Assembly (NCBI RefSeq): GCF_000143415.4
Contig: NW_003314331.1
Coordinates: 560,164 to 624,163 of the forward strand
Length of the DNA stretch: 64,000 nt
Source of the DNA: Selaginella moellendorffii
Lineage: Eukaryota > Plantae > Lycopodiophyta
Direction of reading: 5' to 3'
The position numbers and the translations under genes are program-made. Positions 60,079 through 64,000 of this stretch are shown here, in pieces (the stretch's first letter is position 1; each line of letters starts with the position of its first letter). The notes beneath the pieces were generated by a model. That model saw only the letters and a list, made by a program, of their open reading frames with translations, was not told where the DNA came from and ran no database searches.

Positions 60079-61792
60079 ATGGCTCGCTGGCTGCGCAGGC
60101 TCAATCCACTCATGTCCGTCGCGCAGTCCGAGGCGGCCTCTCCGATCCCGATCTCTCCGGCGCTGGCGGCGTTCCGAGAGCGATTGGCAAGCGATGCGCC
60201 GGAGCTTAAGGATTTCGTGAGCGAGGGCTCGGGTGTGGAAGGCTACTCGGTGGCGGTGGGGACGCGGGAGGATCCGCGGCGCAAGCCGGATTGGATGAAG
60301 CGGATCATTCCAGGTGGGGAGAAGTACACGAGGATCAAATCGCAGCTGAGGGAGCTCAAATTGAATACCGTGTGTGAGGAGGCCAAATGCCCCAATATTG
60401 GAGAGTGCTGGAGCGGTGGCGACACGGGCACGGCCACTGCGACGATCATGATCCTGGGGGATACGTGCACCAGAGGCTGCCGGTAAGCTTTCTTCTTTCT
60501 TGCTAGTTTGTTCTTGGATGCATTGCTGGTTTGCTGGACAGTATTGGTTTTTCTTCTTGGTACTCTAGATCTTTTCTTTCTCAACATACTAGATCATTGC
60601 TCCATTTTTTTAGATCTTTTCTTTCTCAGCATACTCGATCATTGCTCCATTGTTTCTTTCTTTGTACTCTTTCTCGACATACTAGATCTGGTTTTGTCTT
60701 GGTACTCTCTTCTCCATTGTTTCTTTCTTGGTACTCTTTCTCAACACATTGTTTTTTTTCTTGGTAGTTTGCTTGCTCTAACTAGATAACGTTGAGTTCT
60801 TCACCACTGCTAGCTTTCTCTTGCGATTCCATGCTGGTTTGCTTTCTGTTTATTTTGCGTGAAGTTTCATTGTTAGTTTTTTCCATTCCTTTGTGAAGCT
60901 ACTTGTACACTTTTTTTCTTTCTCGTGTTAACATTTTTCTCGTTCCTGACGTGCAGATTTTGTGCAGTGAAGACATCGCGAGCTCCACCTCCACCTGATG
61001 CAGACGAGCCAGCCAAAGTTGCTGAAGCGATTGCCTCTTGGGACCTCGAGTATGTGGTGCTCACGAGCGTGGACCGGGATGATTTACCCGATCAAGGAAG
61101 CGGGCACTTCGCCGAGACAGTGAGGAGGATCAAGCAACGCAAGCCGGGCATGCTGGTTGAGGCCTTAGGTGAGCTTATGCCAGCATCTGGAGGAACTAAC
61201 GTCGTCTTCTGTCGCAGTTCCCGACTTTCGAGGCGATCCCGACTGCGTGGAGAAAGTGGCCACCTCTGGACTGGACGTCTTTGCGCACAACATAGAAACC
61301 GTGCAAGAGCTACAGAGCTCGGTCCGAGACAGGCGAGCAAACTTCCAGCAATCCATCAACGTCTTGAAGATGGCCAAGCTGACAGGTCCTCGCGGGGTTC
61401 TCACCAAGACCTCGATCATGCTGGGCTGTGGCGAGACATCTTCACAGGTTTTGGAGACCATGGCCAGAGTGAGAGACGCCGGCGTGGACGTGATGACTTT
61501 CGGGCAGTACATGCGACCGACGAAGAAACACATGCCAGTGTCCGAGTACGTGACTCCGGAAGCGTTCGAGAACTATCGAAGAATCGGAATGGAAATGGTA
61601 CGTTTTCGAAGTTTCGAAGTGTTTTTGTTTTTTTTTTTCCAGCTGAAGCGTGAAAATCTCTTTTTCCTTTGTTTCTTACAGGGATTTCGATATGTGGCTT
61701 CAGGCCCAATGGTGAGATCCTCCTACAAAGCTGGAGAGTTTTACATCAAAGCGATGCTCGACGCAGATAGAGAGGCAGCGATGGTTTCATAG
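60079..61792 (+). CDS. LIP1: Lipoyl synthase, mitochondrial type (radical SAM), 4 exons
   Basis: [13 protein letters not shown]; CTRGC-RFC; TSVDRDDL; AHNIETV; TKTSIMLG; [12 protein letters not shown]. Exons approx. 60079-60482, 60958-61168, 61219-61597, 61682-61792. Confidence 0.96.
60550..60790 (+). repeat. Degenerate ~41-bp minisatellite in LIP1 intron 1
   Basis: TAGATCTTTTCTTTCTCA.CATACT.GATCATTGCTCCATT is repeated, with partial TTGGTACTCT units. Confidence 0.7.
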
Positions 61793-62036
61793 AAAAATAT
61801 TAAAGGTATGATTCTTTCGCGCGGAGATTGATTCCGATTTAAGAAGAGCCGTCGGATTCTCCACGTCACCGATTCCCGCGGCGGAGGATCGTGCGGCCTA
61901 GCGGCGCCCCTCCAGATCCGCCGCTTGGCCTCTTCCTCTTCGAGTGTGACTCTTGGCCACTTTGGCCAAAGAGTCGAGCTCTTGAAGAAGAGGAGGAGGA
62001 AGAACTTGGGCGATCGAACAAACGAAGTAGAAGATC

Positions 62037-62483
62037 ATGGCTCGACGGAGGAAGAGCCGGAGCCGGAGCCGGGGTGGCAAGAAAGTCCGCGTGCCAAAGA
62101 TGAAACTCGCGGTGCGCGATGCTCTGGCGTCGCTCAAAGCCAAGAGAGGTGTCACAGCTGCGGCGGTGGCCCGGAAGATCAAGAAGAAGTATGGAAACGA
62201 TCTCCCCAAGCGCTTCCAGGCCCAGGTGGGGCGATCGCTGCGCGGGCTGGTCCGAGCGGGGCGGCTGGAGCGTGTGCGCGGCCGCTTTGCGGTGGCCACT
62301 GGCAAGAGTGGACGAGGCGGGCGACGTAAAAGAGGTGGACGGTCGAGATCGAGATCGACGTCGCGGAAGGGCGGGCGGCGCCGCCGCCGTCGCCGCCGCC
62401 GCCGCCGGGGTGGACGGCGATCGCGATCGCGGTCGCGGTCGAGGAAGGGCGGGCGGCGCCGCCGGCGTCGCAGACGCCACTAG
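62037..62483 (+). CDS. Arginine-rich linker-histone-derived protamine-like protein (H15 winged helix + RS/poly-R tails)
   Basis: H1 globular-domain pattern PKMKLAVRDALASLKAKRGVTAAAVARKIKKKY...LPKRFQAQVGRSLRGLVRAGRLERVRGRF. Flanked by ARRRKSRSRSR and GGRRSRSRSRSRKGG-polyR. About one third Arg. Intronless. Confidence 0.85.
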   Translation: MARRRKSRSRSRGGKKVRVPKMKLAVRDALASLKAKRGVTAAAVARKIKKKYGNDLPKRFQAQVGRSLRGLVRAGRLERVRGRFAVATGKSGRGGRRKRGGRSRSRSTSRKGGRRRRRRRRRRRGGRRSRSRSRSRKGGRRRRRRRRH

Positions 62484-62724
62484 AAAATGGTGCGGGCGCA
62501 TATTCCTTTGACTCGTTGGTTATTTTTGTGGTTCTTTTACGTGTTTGTGGAGGTTTTTGGTGCAGGAATCAGAGACGCATTCGATGATGAGATCCATGAC
62601 ACGAACATCCTTTAATTTTTTCGAAAATGCCACTACTGTGTTCTTTTGACGAATAAAATTTTGAGATTAGATCCGACCTCGAGCTTCTTCCTAATTTCTT
62701 CTTTAACTCCTCCGACTTTTTTTT

Positions 62725-63165
62725 TATCCACGCCCGCCCCATCCGTTTGGAAGTTCCGCTCTAAATTCAGCAACGAATTCATTAGTTTTCGCCTTGCATT
62801 GCAGCAAGAAAGGGAAGCAAATCATCGGAGAGGCGGGGCTTTTCGAGCGAAGTAGGTCGTCTCGCGAGCCGACTCTGCGCACTAGACAATTACACACAGT
62901 GTTTCGAATTAGAGTTTTCATGAAGAACTTGCAAACTTTGGACTGGGCTGGTGCTTGAAAGGAAAAAAGTAGAAAGAAAGATTGTGATTTCAATGGACCT
63001 CATGTCGTCCAGTGTCTGCTGGCATTTCAGGTAATGAAAAGACGACGTTTAACTTTGAAGCAGCGAACTCTATCTACGACTATGTTCCAGCGCTTCTACT
63101 ACAGATCCCACTTCATTGCGACCAAAAAAGTGGCAGCGTCCAAGGACTGGTATCCAGGGATGAGT
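62725..63165 (+). pseudogene. Scrambled mL46 pseudogene with an internally inverted middle
   Basis: 62725-62835 matches 22241-22373 forward. ~62838-63028 matches ~22385-22855 as reverse complement with deletions. 63034-63165 matches 22883-23048 forward. Confidence 0.8.
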
Positions 63166-64000
63166 TCACAAGCACGGAAAGACTTGAAATTGTAACCCAT
63201 CATCTGGTAAGAAGCTGCAAGGATGATCCCTCTGCGACTAAGGCGTCTGCTGTGGTTAAATTGGAGTTTCGAACGTCCAAGGAGAGTACTGGTAGTCTGG
63301 GCGCCCACTCCCCGGCCTCCACACCAGATCCGATCTGGCTCATTTGGTTCGTATGAATACTGGACGGCGTGCTTGAACGACGTCTCTGGGTACATTCTGG
63401 AAAACTTTTCATGGTGAGGCTTATTGCATTGATTCAAGAATTGTTTTAATAACTGGGAAGGAAATTTTGACCTCGTTAAAGTGGATTGTAGAATTATAAA
63501 TTTTTATTAGAGATTATTATCTAAAATAAAATGTACTTTTTATAATAGTAAGATAGAATTGGCTGAAGTAAGAACAGTATAAAAAATAGTTGTGTTTATA
63601 CAGAATTTATAATAACTGCAAGCAAGGTGCTTTAAGTTTTTATGGAAGTAAAATTGCATTTTATGGTATATTTGGTAGTAAATACAAAAATATTTTTCTG
63701 TTATATAGTTTTTTGGGGGTTTAAATATAAATGTAATATAATAAGAATACAGTCAATTTAACCTATTAAAACTCAGTATATAGTATTTAGAAATATTACT
63801 TGATAGGCTGATATAACATTTGAAGTTTTGCTTAATTTTCAAACATTTCAGAGTGATTTTTTCTAAATGTAATGTTCTATTTATTCTTTTATAATTATAT
63901 ATAAATATATTCTTAAACAGCTCAGTTCTATGCAAGTTGATGAGATCCCTTAAAATATTAACCATCCAATTAATAGGAAGCTAGAACTTCTTACATCTTA

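Noticed and set aside
61866-62501. 211-aa Pro/Ala/Ser-rich minus-strand ORF
   Set aside because: Antisense shadow of the GC-rich protamine-like gene.
63170-63420. Coding-like GC-richer patch after the mL46 pseudogene
   Set aside because: No recognisable motif or consistent frame; cannot be assigned.

Overview
This is eukaryotic plant nuclear DNA. The very short introns (mostly ~45-65 bp), tight gene packing, telo-boxes and PPR sequence style suggest a lycophyte such as Selaginella (inference). Two compact housekeeping blocks flank a ~36-kb accessory block. Left block (1-23.4 kb): an F-box pseudogene, an ENTH/epsin gene, tRNA-Arg(TCT), an orphan repeat protein, RPL30, an RFC small subunit with a decayed tandem partial copy, an intronless PSKR-type LRR receptor kinase, a GARP MYB factor, a CDCA7-like zf-4CXXC/DDT/WHIM gene, a KMO-like FAD monooxygenase, and mitochondrial mL46 bracketed by two inverted tRNA-Lys(TTT) genes. 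Accessory block (23.4-59.5 kb): an intact intronless 817-aa Crinkler-like gene (header + P-loop NTPase + PD-(D/E)XK nuclease) head-to-head with an orphan gene; four disabled copies of a two-zinc-knuckle gene; a young Copia element with an internally inverted pol segment; two inverted DEAH11/12-like RBR-helicase pseudogenes; other gene fragments; a Gypsy remnant; microsatellites; PPR pseudogenes around a 699-N gap; a CYP71-clan P450; and a truncated second Copia. Right block: a stand-alone DHX16/ESP3-fragment ORF, lipoyl synthase, an Arg-rich H1-derived protamine-like gene, and a scrambled mL46 pseudogene. The strongest leads are the Crinkler-like NTPase-nuclease locus and the protamine-like H1. 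All family assignments come from motif recognition by eye; no database searches were run.
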